From: Hemiscyllium ocellatum
Taxonomy: Eukaryota
Assembly (NCBI RefSeq): GCF_020745735.1
Contig: NC_083417.1
Location: 72,602,001-72,666,000, forward strand
DNA: 64,000 bases
Reading direction: 5' to 3'
The position numbers and the translations under genes were made by a program. The notes beneath the pieces were generated by a model that did not search any database, was not told the origin of the DNA, and worked only from the letters and a program-made list of their open reading frames with translations. Position 1 is the stretch's first letter. Each line of letters starts with the position of its first letter. Positions 39,640 to 51,606 of the stretch are shown here, piece after piece.

Positions 39640-40080
39640 CTCGCCTTTACTTGCTCGGTTTCTCCCTGCCTCCCATATTGACTTTTGGAGTAAAATTAGC
39701 TACCCTCCAATCTATGGGAACTGTACCAGAGTCTATTGAATCCTAGAAGATGACTATCAATGCATCCATTATGTCTAAAGCTACTTCCTCAAGTACTCTG
39801 GGATGTAGATTATCAGGACCCGGGGATTTATCCACCTCAATCCACTCAATTTTCTCAGCAGCATTTTTCTACTCATTTTAATCTACCCAAGTTCTTCCCT
39901 CTCCCGAATCTTGCATTCTCCAACATTTCTGGTATCTGATTTGTATCCTCTTTTGTGAAGAAATAACCAAAGTCTGTATTCAGTTGCTCATTCATTTCTT
40001 TTTCCCCAGTTATACATTCCCCGTTTCTGTCTGTATGAGATTTACGTTTGTCTTCACCAATCTCTTTCTCCTCATGTACC
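39640..40080 (-). mobile_element. old CR1 fragment (RT N-terminal region)
   Basis: Reverse complement contains DKSPGPDNLHPRVL-like sequence. Confidence 0.65.
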
Positions 40081-40814
40081 TGTAGAATATGGTGAAGATG
40101 AAAGTTGGAGCGATTATTTACAGTCAAAACGTGGGACTAATGGAACAAGAAAAGAAAGCAAACGTTTGAGTAAAAATTCAAAATGTTATTCCCTCATTCC
40201 AAGACGCTGCCGATAAGTTACTCTCTTTTGCACTTACAGAATGTAGACTTACAGAAAATGAGCTGTAGATTCTCAGGACATGTGACAACTGTCCCAATAC
40301 CTTGGTGGACAACATTGTGACTTTCTGATATCAAATAATTATAAGGGCTAAAATGGATTAATCAACTTGATCGACTTCATGTATAATCATCAAATCTCGA
40401 TCTGTTTTCTGTTTTTTTACGAGAATAACACTAATCATTTCAATTCCCATGGAAAATTAAAGCATTGCATTCGATATTTTTCACCCCTAAATCATTTACT
40501 CTATCAGACGCAGCTTCGAGAATGTAGTTGAACATGTTGACAATGAATCGTATTTTGCAGAGCGCAGCATTGGCCACAAAAATCATCTTTTTATGTTAAT
40601 TTAAGAAAAACAACTCAAACAATTCAGCTCCGAGTGTCACAAATTGTACGATTCTCGAAGAGGGGAATATTGAAAGGAAAACATTTTTAAAGCTGCAACT
40701 TTAAAGTAATGTAAATTGTTAGAGATTATTAGATGCCTTCAGCATGCCCAATTTAAGCTAAGTTATAACATGAAAATTGCATTTGAGGAATATCATCACG
40801 ATGATGAGAACAGC

Positions 40815-40930
40815 TATAACGTTTACTTTCATCATTTTCCGCAATGAATTACCATACTACAGTCAACATACAACACACAATAATAAAACGGGTGAATCTT
40901 TACTTTATGCACGTACAGAACAAAATAAGT
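40815..40930 (-). pseudogene. possible decayed VJ exon end
   Basis: LYVHKV...FYYCVL...(F>C)GK(G>*)-KVNVI. No intact donor. Confidence 0.2.
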
Positions 40931-41811
40931 GTAAGTTTCCAAAGAAATAATTTTAAAAACGAGAGCAGTAAAAGAAAAAATAGAAAATATTGTGCCACAA
41001 TACTGTCCGAATGAAATGCCAATTTTATACAGCAACCTTTTCCTGAGGGTCATACCTACTGCGCATTCCTTCCCTGTCATAAGAAGGTCGGGATCTTTTT
41101 TTCCATAAAATAAATGGATCTCGGATGAAATGCAAACTACTGAGTTTTTCCTTTTATCCAACAACATAGACTATTGTACCTTAAGTGGAATCTACTTTCA
41201 GATTAGTTGCATTTCTTTTAAGGTAGCAACGCACTTACGTTAATCTTAGAATTTGTTCTTAGTAGGAAATCGCATTTACGTGCTTTATGAAAATCAGTCA
41301 CGCGTGATCTCATTTATTCTCAGCAAAATTTGAAGCAACAAACGAAAAATCTGATTTGAGACTTTCAAACAGCTTGTATATTTTTATTGATTTCACTCTG
41401 CTACGTTTCATTTTTTGACCAGGATTGAGAGGTTTCTTTTGATTAAAAAACCCACATTTCGTCATTTGTTGCTGCAATGTCGTTGTTTGTTCTCAATTTA
41501 TGTTTCCACGGATTGGCTTGTTTTAATTTTCTGTGTTTGCAATATTCTTCTCTATCCGGATTGCGTGAACGAAAATGTTAACTTCAGTATACAGGTTTTG
41601 GATTTAATCTCAAATTGGGTAATGTCAATGTCTTTAGGATATCTGTACACGTTATGCATACCTCATATCGATAGAATAGCATTTCCAAGTTACATTGGAA
41701 GTTTTGCACAAAGGTAAGTGAAAGAACTGTCTTTGGATTTCTGGTTTATTTATTCAAGCAAAGCGTACAAAGTGCACCAGAGTCAGTGCATTGGTTCAGT
41801 GTAAAAGGAGA

Positions 41812-42120
41812 CCATTGACAGTGTGGAAACAGACCTTCTGCCCAACAAGTCCACACCGACCCTCCAAAGAGCAACCCACCCAGTCCCCTATATTTGCCCC
41901 TAACTAATGCACCTAGTACTACGGGCAATTTAGAATGGCCGTGTCACATGACCTGTACATTTTTGGACTGTTGGAGAAAACCGGAGCACCTGAATGGAAG
42001 CCATGCAGACACGGGGAGAGTGTGCAAAATCCACACAGATAGTTGCCCGAGGCAGGAATTGAACCCAGGTCCCTGGCACTGTGAGGCATCAGTGCTCATC
42101 ACTGAGTCTCACGGCCGCCC
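41812..42120 (-). mobile_element. HE1 SINE
   Basis: Reverse-complement HE1 (QELNPGPWHCE in the antisense ORF). Confidence 0.8.
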
Positions 42121-42189
42121 AGTTTTTCCACTTCCAGTAACATCATACAGCTGTTTCACAGCTTTCACTTTTTAGCATTTTTGCTCAAA

Positions 42190-44000
42190 ATGCAGATACT
42201 CCTTTTTTGTGCAATCATCGGCGAGCATTCCCACTTCTGACGTTATGACAGAGGAAAGGTCATTGATGAAGCAGCTGTAGATTGTTGGTTCTGGGACACT
42301 ACCCTGAGGGTCTCCTGCAGAGATGTCCTGGAGCTGAGATGACTGACACTCCACAGCCACTACCATCTTCCTTTGTGCCAGGTACGACACTAATCAATGG
42401 AGTGTTTGCCCCCAATAGTTACTGATTCCAGTTTGGCCAGGGCTCCATGATGCCATGCTCAGTCAAATTGGCCTTGATATCAAGGGCTGTCACTCTCACC
42501 TCACCTCTGGAATTCAGCTCTTTTGCCTATGTTTAAACCAATGCTGTATTGAGATCAGGAGCTGAGTGAGCCTGGTGATTCCCAAAGCGGGCATTACTGA
42601 GCAAGTTGTTGCTGAGAAAGTGCTGCTTGATAGCATTGTTGATGACCCCTTCCATCACTTTACTGATGGTGGAGAATAGACTGACTGGGTGTTAATTGGC
42701 TGCGTTGGATTTGTCCCACTTTTTGTGTGCAGGACATATGTGGCATTTTTCCACATTGTCGGGTAGATTCCATTGTTGTATCTGTACTGGAAGAGCTTGG
42801 ATAGAGGAGTGGCAAGTTCTGGACCACGTCTTCAGTATTGTTGTCAGATGTTATCAGGGCCCCTTGCCTGTCCAGTATCCAGTACCTCCAACTGTTTCTT
42901 TATATCACGTGGAGTTAATTCAAATTGGCTGGAGATTGGTGTCTGAGATGCTGTGGACTACTGGATGAGCCCACGATGGATCATCAACTTGACATGTCTG
43001 ACTGAAGATTGTTGTGAACGTGTAAGCCTTATATTTTGCACTGATGAGCTGAGCTCCTCCATCATTGAGGATGTGGATATTTGTGGAGCATCCTCCTGTA
43101 ATGAGTTGTTTAATTGTCCACCACTATGCATCCACCACTGCATGTTGAAGGAATGAAGAGCTTAGATCTGATCTGTTGATTGTGGGATTGTTTAGCTCTG
43201 TCTACCACTTGCTGTTTCTGCCATTTGGCATGGATTTAGTCCTGTTTGTAACTTCATGAGTTTGACACCTCATGTTCAGGTATGCCTGATGCTGCTCCTG
43301 GTATGCCCTATTGCACACTCCATTGAACCAGGGTTGATCCCCATGGCTTGATGGTAATGGTTGAGTGAGGCATATGAGAGGCCATGAGGTTGTAGACTGT
43401 GCTGGAGTACAATTCTTTTGCTGTCAATGGCCCATAGTGCCCTTGCCACCCTCAGTGCTTCCTCCAAGTGCTGTTCAACATGGTGGAGGACTGATTCATC
43501 AGCCAACGGAGGACAGTATGTGGTAACCAGCAAGAGGTTTCCTTGGCCATGTTTATCTTGAAGCCATGAAACTGAATGGACTCCCCGCGCAACTCCCTGC
43601 AATTAGTATACCAATTTGTCACCACCTCTGCTGGATCTGTAGGACAGGACATAGTTAGCGATGATGATGGTGGTGTCTGGGGTGTTATATGTCGGGGATG
43701 ATTCCATGAGTATGACTAGTCTGTGAGACAGCTCTCTAATTTCAGCAGAAGCTCCCAGATATTTGTAAGGAGAACTTTGCATAGCCTTCAGGGATGTTTG
43801 TGTTTTAGCTGTTGTCTTTTCCGGTTCCAAGGTCAATGTCAGGTGGTCCGTCTGATTTCGTTTCATTGTTGTGACTTTCTAGTGATTGATACAACTGAGT
43901 GCCTTGCTATGCTATTTCAGAGGGCAGTTGGGACTCAACCACATTGCTGTGGCCCTGGAGTCACATGTAGGCCAGACCAAGTAAGGATGGCAGATTTCCT
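42190..44000 (-). mobile_element. degenerate non-LTR retrotransposon of a second CR1/L2-group family (EN and RT)
   Basis: EIRELSHRLV, GNLLLVTTYCPP, AGDPQGSVPEPTIYSCFINDL, LADDCT. Confidence 0.75.
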
Positions 44001-44349
44001 TTCCTAAAGGACATTAGTGACCCTGACGGTATTTTTTCCTGACAATTGACAACGGTGTCATGGTCATCAGTCGACTCTTAATTCCAGATTTTTTTTTAAT
44101 TGAATCCAAATTCCACCATCTGCAGTGGTGGGATTCGAACCCAAGTGCCCAGACTGTTATTCTGCATTTCTGGATTAATAGTTAATGCCAGCACATCCCC
44201 TCATCAGCTCCCCCAACATTTTCTGTGCTGTAGCTGACATGACAGTATGATTGTGTGACTGTTGCAAAGTATCAATAATGTTAAATGCAAAAATATTTGC
44301 GGGACCTCATACACAACTATATTCGCTTTTCATACTGCCCGTTAATATT

Positions 44350-45115
44350 GCTCCTCAAAAGTTTAAAATCACAGAACGCCAGGTTATCAGACAACAGATT
44401 TCTTTGTAAGTACAAGCTTTCGAAGTGTTGCTCCTTAGTCAGGTAACTAGTTGGGCAAGATCATAGGACACAGATTTTATCGTAAAATATCAAAGCGACA
44501 AACAACTGATGTGATGTATTGAACAAACCTAGATAGTTATTAAACATTTTAATTTAGAATGGGGATGGAGGTTTCGTTGATTAAAATATAAATCCCTGAA
44601 CTTCTTTCAAGTCACAGCCCTAAGATAACTTAAGATTTTATTTTTAAAAATGACATCTCAGGTCAGACAGTGTATTTAAGTTGTAAAGTTAGAGTCCATC
44701 TGTATCCCAATTTTGATATAGACTGGTTCTATTTCCATTCTTGAAATTTATAAAATATCACATGAAGTGACTGCCTACAAATTATGTGTTTATTGAACTA
44801 AATCGAATGTACCTTAAGTTATCTCCGGACTGTGACTTGAAAAAAAGTCCGAGATTTACATTTTAATCAATTGAAACTTGCCTCTTCATTCTAAGTGATT
44901 AAAGACTTAACAGCAATCTAGGTGTGTTCAATACATTGCATCAATTATATGACACTTTGATCGTTTACAACAAATTCTGTGTCCTCTGGTCTTATTCCAC
45001 GAGCTACCTGATGAAAGAACAGCACTCCGAAAGCTTCCAAATAAACCTGCTGGATTGTAACCTGTAGTTGTGTGATATTTAATTTTGTCCACCCTAGCCC
45101 AAAACCAGCACCTCT
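44350..45115. mobile_element. fold-back Penelope-derived element (inverted pLTR arms)
   Basis: 44350-44660 is the approximate reverse complement of 44820-45115. CTGATGA...GAAAGCT at 45008-45036. Confidence 0.65.
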
Positions 45116-45595
45116 GTATCACTATATCAAGATCAAGTATTCAATCATTTTTTCTGTTCTTTGCCACACTGTTTTTAATGTTAAAATTTAATTTGAATTC
45201 TATTTTTAAAAACCTATCAATTTGTGACGACTTTAGTAAAATTGCAAATTTAAGGACGTGTTTTAAAATAAATAATCATTACGGCTTTTTGCATACAAGT
45301 AAATCTTGAAGTGGACAAAATTTCATGTAATTGTGTAAAGTCTAAGAAAAGAAAATCAACATGCAACCTGAGAGGAAAAAAAACCGTAAAGTCAGAAGTA
45401 TTTCAGAAAAAGGAGACCTGGGAAGCAAATGAGTGAAACAAAAAACACATTTACTGCAATTATTATATTGCATCCTCGCAGAGGGTTGAATAATCCGGAA
45501 TTTGCTGAAGACCCATTTTAATTTTCATTTTGCAAGATATTCTACCTGCGTCTTCAATGTTTTTGACAATCCAATATTCATATCATATCAACTGT

Positions 45596-45738
45596 TCACT
45601 CGTGAGTTTCAATGAAAATTCTTGGTCTGGAATTATTGTATTTAAAGTGAAGACTTTTGAAATGGTCAACAATGAGAATTGTCAGAACAAGAATCGCGAA
45701 GAATCCGAATATAAGACGAAGAATGTTGAACCTGGGGA
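45596..45738 (-). CDS. terminal TM exon with intramembrane Arg and short tail (activating-receptor type)
   Basis: Acceptor GACATTTTAG, phase 1, in frame with C1. Encodes (V)PRFNILRLIFGFFAILVLTILIVDHFKSLHFKYNNSRPRIFIETHE*. Not in the supplied ORF track. Confidence 0.75.
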
Positions 45739-46290
45739 CTAAAATGTCACATTTAGAACAGTCATTGAATTATTATCAATATCATGCTCTAACTTAAATT
45801 CTAGGAAGTCAATGAATTCACTATTAAATATTAAGGTTGAAATAAATTGTTCCTTATGTCACTAACTGCAAAACAATAAACATCGAGAATATTAACCTGG
45901 AATGCACAGAGTCAAACATTTATCTGTATTCTCCGGCTTCTATTCCTCACATTAAAGTAGAATAAATTGCGCTATGAAATTTAAGAACACTTTACAACTA
46001 TTCGTCGTGAATTCAGAAAATTGTTCACAGAAATTGATCTTGTTTTATTGATGTAAGTAAAATATAACTTAAGTGCAACATACAATGGCTCATTAATGTA
46101 ACCTCTATTGTGCAACACCTATTTGTTAGAGGGATTATTGGAAGATTTGATCTTGCAAAGTGAAATACATTATCTGCTTCAAAAACAGAAATTGCTGGAA
46201 TGGCTCAGCAGGTCCGGCAGCAGCTGTGGAGAAAAATGAGAGATGACATTTTCGGGTTCAGTGACCTTCCTCGGTTCGGATTTCTCTTAA

Positions 46291-46818
46291 ATGATGGTGG
46301 AGAAAGGTAGAGCGATAGTTCTTGGGGACTCGATAGTGAGGGGTACAGACAGACGGTTTTGTGGGGGCAACAGTGACTCACGTTTGGTATGTTGCCTCCC
46401 AGGTGCAAGGGTACGTGATGTCGCTGATCGTGTTTTCCGGGTCCTTAAGGGGGAGGGGGAGCAGCCCCAGATCGTGGTCCACGTTGGCACCAACGATATA
46501 GGTAGGAAGAGGGGTGAGGATGTCAGACAGGCTTTCAGGGAGCTAGGTTGGAAGCTCAGAGTTAGAACAAACAGAGTTGTAGTCTCTGGTTTGTTACCCG
46601 TGCCACGTGATAGAGAGTCGAGGAATAGGGAGAGAGAGCAGTTAAATGCGTGGCTACAGGGATGGTGCAGGAGGGAGGGATTCCGGTTTCTGGACAACTG
46701 GGGTTCTTTCTGGGGAAGGTGGGACCTCTATAAAAAGGATGGTCTACACCTGAACCTGAGGGGCACCAGTATCCTTGGGGGGAGGTTTGCTAGTGCTCTT
46801 TGGGAGGGTTTAAACTAA
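46291..46818 (+). CDS. CR1 ORF1 C-terminal SGNH-esterase domain (partial)
   Basis: IVLGDSIVRG, HVGTNDIG, DGLHLN esterase blocks. Confidence 0.9.
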   Translation: MMVEKGRAIVLGDSIVRGTDRRFCGGNSDSRLVCCLPGARVRDVADRVFRVLKGEGEQPQIVVHVGTNDIGRKRGEDVRQAFRELGWKLRVRTNRVVVSGLLPVPRDRESRNREREQLNAWLQGWCRREGFRFLDNWGSFWGRWDLYKKDGLHLNLRGTSILGGRFASALWEGLN

Positions 46819-47128
46819 CTCCACCGGGGCATGGGAACCTGGACTGTAGCTTTAGGGTACAGGACCTTGAGTGTAGGGAGGTTATGAATAATGCAGCGAT
46901 CTCGAAGGAGGGTGCCTGTAAACAGAAGGGTGGACTGAAATGTGTATACTTCAATGCCAGAAGTATAAGAAATAAGGTAGGTGAACTTGCAGCGTGGGTT
47001 GGTACCTGGGACTTCGATGTTGTGGCCATTACAGAGACGTGGGTAGAACAGGGACAAGAATGGCTGTTGCAGGTTCCAGGGTTTAAATGTTTTAGTAGGA
47101 TCAGACATGGGGGTAAAAAGGGGGAGGT

Positions 47129-49702
47129 GTGGCATTACTTGTCAAAGATAGTATTACAGCAGTGGAATGGACGATGGAAGAGGACTTGCCATCTGAGGTA
47201 GTTTGGGCTGAGGTTAGAAATAGGAAAGGTGAGGTCACCCTGTTAGGTGTTTTCTACAGGCCTCCTAATAGTCCTAGAGAAGTAGAGGATAATATTGCGA
47301 GGATGATTCAGGAAAAGAGTGAAGGTAGCAGGGTGGCTGTTATGGGGGACTTTAACTTCCCAGATATTGACTGGGAGAGCTATAGCTCGAGTTCATTAGA
47401 TGGGTCGGTGTTTGTCCAATGTGTGCAGGAGGGTTTCCTGACACAATATGTAGACAGGCCAACAAGAGGTGAGGCTATACTGGATTTGGTTCTAGGTAAT
47501 GAACCAGGCCAGGTGTTAGACTTGGAGGTAGGTGAGCACTTCGGGGACAGTGACCACAACTCGGTGACTTTTACTTTAGTGATGGAGAGGGATAAGTGTG
47601 CGCAGCAGGGCAAGAGTTATAGCTGGGGGCAGGGAAATTATGATGCGGTGAGGCATGACTTAGGATGTGTGGATTGGAAAAACAGGCTTCAAGAGAAGAA
47701 CACTAATGAGATGTGGGGATTGTTCAAGGAGCAGCTACTACGTGTCCTCGATAAGTATGTACCGGTCAGGCATGGTGTAAAGGGCCTTGTGAGGCAGCCA
47801 TGGTTTAGTAAGGAATTGGAATCCCTTGTGAAAGGGAAGAAGGTGGCATATGTAAAGATGAGGCGTGAAGGTTCAGTTGGGGCGATAGAGAGTTATAAGG
47901 TAGCCAGGAAGGATCTAAAGAGAGAGCTAAGAGAAGTGAGAAGGGGACATGAAAAGTCTTTAGCTGGTAGGATTAGGGAAAACCCAAAGGCTTTCTATAG
48001 GTATGTCAGGAATAAAAGGATGACTAGGGTAGGTATCGGTCCAGTCAAGGATAGTGGTGGGAAGTTGTGTGTGGAGGCGGAGGAGATTGGAGAGACCCTA
48101 AATCAATACTTTTCATCAGTATTCACTCAGGAACAGGACACTGTTGCTGATGTGAATATGGAGTCACAAATGATTAGAATGGATGGCCTGGAAATATGCA
48201 GGGAACAGGTTCTGGGAATATTGGAGAGGATGAAAATAGATAAGTCTCCTGGGCCTGATGGCATTTACCCTAGGATCCTATGGGAAGCTAGGGAGGAGAT
48301 AGCAGAGCCATTGGCCTGGATTTTTATGTCGTCATTGTCAACGGGAATAGTACCAGAGGACTGGAGGATAGCGAATGTGGTCCCCTTGTTCAAGAAAGGG
48401 AGTAGGGATAGCCCTAGTAACTATAGGCCAGTGAGTCTGACTTCAGTGGTGGGCAAAGTCTTAGAGAGAATGGTAAGGGATAAGATTTATGAACATCTGG
48501 ATAGGAATAACGTGATCAAGGATAGCCAGCATGGTTTTGTGAAGGGCAGGTCATGCCTCACAAACCTTATTGAGTTCTTTGAGAAGGTGACCAAGGAAGT
48601 GGACGAGGGTAAAGCAGTAGATGTTGTGTATATGGATTTTAGTAAGGCGTTCGATAAGGTTCCCCATGGTAGACTAATGCTAAAACTACGGATGTATGGC
48701 ATTGAGGATACATTAGAGGTTTGGATTAGGAATTGGCTGGCTGGAAGGAGACAGAGGGTAGTAGTTGATGGACTATGTTCATCTTGGAGTGCAGTTACTA
48801 GCGGTGTACCACAAGGATCTGTTTTGGGACCATTGCTTTTTGTTATCTTTATAAATGATCTAGAGGAAGGGCTTGAAAGCTGGGTAAGCAAGTTTGCGGA
48901 TGACACAAAAGTCGGTGGAGTTGTGAATAGTGAGGAAGGAAGTGGTAGGTTACAGCGGGATATAGATAATTTGCAGAGCTGGGCAGAAAGGTGGCAAATG
49001 GAATTCAATGTAGCTAAGTGTGAAGTCATTCACTTTGGTAGGAGTAACAAGAGGATGGATTACTGGGCTAATGGTAGGCTACTTGGTAGTGTGGATGAGC
49101 AGAGGGATCTTGGTGTCCATGTACACAGATCTCTGAAAGTTGCCACCCAGGTAAATAGTGCTGTGAGGAAGGCATATGGTGTACTGGGCTTTATTGGTAG
49201 AGGAATTGAGTTCCGGAGTCCTGAGGTCATGTTGCAACTGTATAAGACTCTGGTGCGGCCGCATCTGGAGTATTGTGTGCAGTTTTGGTCGCCATACTAT
49301 AGGAAGGATGTGGAGGCATTGGAACGAGTGCAGAGGAGGTTTACCAGGATGTTGCCTGGAATGGTAGGAAAATCTTATGAGGAAAGGCTGAGGCACTTGG
49401 GGCTGTTCTCATTGGAGAAGAGAAGGTTTAGGGGAGATTTGATAGAGGTGTATAAGATGATTAGGGGTTTAGATAGGGTCGACACTGAGAACCTTTTACC
49501 GCTAATGGAGTCAGGTGTTACTAGGGGACACAGCTTTAAATTAAGGGGTGGTAGGTATAGGACAGATGTTAGGGGTAGATTCTTTACTCAGCCGGTTGTG
49601 AGTTCATGGAATGCCCTGCCAGTAGCAGTGGTGAACTCTCCTTCTTTATGGTCATTTAAGCGGGCATTGGATAGGCATTTGGAAGTTATTGGGCTAGTGT
49701 AG
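47129..49702 (+). CDS. CR1 ORF2 (APE endonuclease and reverse transcriptase); N-terminus in another frame
   Basis: 857-aa ORF with GDFNFP, SDHN, YRPVSLT, DFSKAFDKV, GVPQGSVLGP and FADD. The N-terminus YFNARSIRNK...AITETW is in ORF 46800-47201, with a 1-nt shift near 47115. Confidence 0.95.
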   Translation: MALLVKDSITAVEWTMEEDLPSEVVWAEVRNRKGEVTLLGVFYRPPNSPREVEDNIARMIQEKSEGSRVAVMGDFNFPDIDWESYSSSSLDGSVFVQCVQEGFLTQYVDRPTRGEAILDLVLGNEPGQVLDLEVGEHFGDSDHNSVTFTLVMERDKCAQQGKSYSWGQGNYDAVRHDLGCVDWKNRLQEKNTNEMWGLFKEQLLRVLDKYVPVRHGVKGLVRQPWFSKELESLVKGKKVAYVKMRREGSVGAIESYKVARKDLKRELREVRRGHEKSLAGRIRENPKAFYRYVRNKRMTRVGIGPVKDSGGKLCVEAEEIGETLNQYFSSVFTQEQDTVADVNMESQMIRMDGLEICREQVLGILERMKIDKSPGPDGIYPRILWEAREEIAEPLAWIFMSSLSTGIVPEDWRIANVVPLFKKGSRDSPSNYRPVSLTSVVGKVLERMVRDKIYEHLDRNNVIKDSQHGFVKGRSCLTNLIEFFEKVTKEVDEGKAVDVVYMDFSKAFDKVPHGRLMLKLRMYGIEDTLEVWIRNWLAGRRQRVVVDGLCSSWSAVTSGVPQGSVLGPLLFVIFINDLEEGLESWVSKFADDTKVGGVVNSEEGSGRLQRDIDNLQSWAERWQMEFNVAKCEVIHFGRSNKRMDYWANGRLLGSVDEQRDLGVHVHRSLKVATQVNSAVRKAYGVLGFIGRGIEFRSPEVMLQLYKTLVRPHLEYCVQFWSPYYRKDVEALERVQRRFTRMLPGMVGKSYEERLRHLGLFSLEKRRFRGDLIEVYKMIRGLDRVDTENLLPLMESGVTRGHSFKLRGGRYRTDVRGRFFTQPVVSSWNALPVAVVNSPSLWSFKRALDRHLEVIGLV

Positions 49703-50335
49703 GTTAGGTAGGATTCGGTCGGCGCAACATCGAGGGCCGAAGGACCTGTACTGCGCTGTATCTTTCTATGTTCTATGTTCTATGTTCTATGATATGCTAA
49801 GACATGCTAAGCTTTTCCATTAATTTCTTGTTTTGATTCTGGTTTCCAGTGTCTGCAATTATTTTTGTTTTTATGAACTAAGTGCTTGGTTGCTTTTGAC
49901 ATATCATCCTATTAATTTGATCAATATACCTGCTGCAGAATAATTGATTTTCCATGAGGAACATTCTTTAAAAAATGCTGATAAGCAGGTTTTAAATAGA
50001 ATCCAACAATTCAGTTATTGTGCATTCCCTGCGCAATCAATACATTCATTAAGAAAATATTGCTTGTCAAGGGTTTTGAGATGGGTTTTTTTCTGTCTCT
50101 ATTTGGTTGAACATTTGAAACATATTCTTTTCTTGAGGATGGAGGTTAGGCTGAGAATTGATTTCCAAAATAATATCAGGATAAGAGTAACAATTGTGTC
50201 AACTAAACACCATCAGGTCAGAAGTCACACGACGCCACTTCACAGGTAAATTGTGAAGGGGCAGGGTCGCTAAAGCTTGTGATTTCAATTTAACTTGATG
50301 GAAGATAACCTGGTGACGTGTGACTTCTGACATTG

Positions 50336-50548
50336 CTCAAAATCAGTTGCTGGAAAAGCGCAGCAGGTCAGGCAGCATCCAAGGAGCAGGAGAATCGATG
50401 TTTCAGGCAAGAGCCTTTCTTCAGGAAGGGCTCATGCCCGAAACATCGATTCTCCTGCTCCTTGGATGCTGCCTGACCTGCTGTGCTTTTCCAGCAACAC
50501 AGATTCAGCTCTGATCTCCAGCATATGCAATCCTCACTTTCTCCTAGA
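50336..50548. mobile_element. palindromic short Penelope-derived element with 15-bp TSD
   Basis: TGACTTCTGACATTG at 50321-50335 and 50549-50563. Head-to-head inverted arms meet near 50425. Confidence 0.8.
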
Positions 50549-51606
50549 TGACTTCTGACATTGTCCATTTAAGGCCATCACCGACACCTCCACATCATAA
50601 AAGCCACCATAAAGCGGTAGAATTGTGTACCATATAGTCAATGAAATAAAGGTGAATGATTAAGCTGGACTGAGGTTCCCTACACTGTGGAAACAGGCTG
50701 TTCAGCTCAACAAGACCACACTGACTCTACAAAGAGTAGCCCACCCAGACGCATTCCCTTATTTCTCTACATTTTCCCTAACTAATGCACTCACACTACA
50801 GCATTTCAGCATGCCCAATCCAACTAAAATGCACATCTTTAGATTGTGGGAGGAAACTGAAGCCACCTGATGAAGGAGCAGCGCTCAGAAAGCCGTGCTT
50901 CCAAAGAACAACCTGTTGAGCTTTAACCTGGTGCTATCTGATTTGTAACTTTGTACAGTCTCTGTAATTTGCGGGGCTTACATTCTGCTGGAGGTTTCAT
51001 ATATTGTAGTCATTTATAATTATAAATAACAGACTGCAGTTAAGATCTAAACCGCCCAGCTCAAGCAATGAAACGGTTCTTGGATCCCGGACTCAGTGTG
51101 AATTATTAGTGACATGGTTCCAGTAGGATTCTAAAACAGACAAGGTTGGGACTTCTTTCTCTGGAGATTAGGAAGTTGACAGGTAACCTGATAGAAGTTT
51201 ATAAAATAATGAGGGGTACAGATACAGTGAAGGGTAGTTATCTTTTCCCTAGGATGGGTGATTTGAAGACTAGGGGCACATTTTAATGTGAGAGGAGAGA
51301 GATTTTAAAAAGGCATGGGAAGGGCAATATTTTTTAAAAGAATTTGGTTCGCATGTGGAATGAACTTCCAAAGGAAGTGATGGATGTGGGGCCAAATACA
51401 ACGTTTAAAACACATTTGGGGCAGTACATACATAGGAAAGGTTTGGCCAGGTTACGGACAAGAGCAGGCGGATGGGATTAGTTTAGTTTGGGATGAGGTT
51501 TGGCATGGACTGGTTGGAGCTAAAGGTCTGCTTCCATGCGGTATGTTTCTATGTATCACAGATTTGATTTGCTTTCTTAATGATATGGTTCCAGTAGAAT
51601 TCTTCC

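Larger units (their letters stand above)
46275..49790 (+). mobile_element. near-intact, 5'-truncated CR1 LINE
   Basis: ORF1 end plus ORF2; 3' tail (TTCTATG)4 at ~49763-49790. Inserted inside a short repeat whose halves flank it. Confidence 0.95.

Noticed and set aside
48487-49396. Long minus-strand ORFs (180 aa, 105 aa)
   Set aside because: Antisense shadows of CR1 ORF2.
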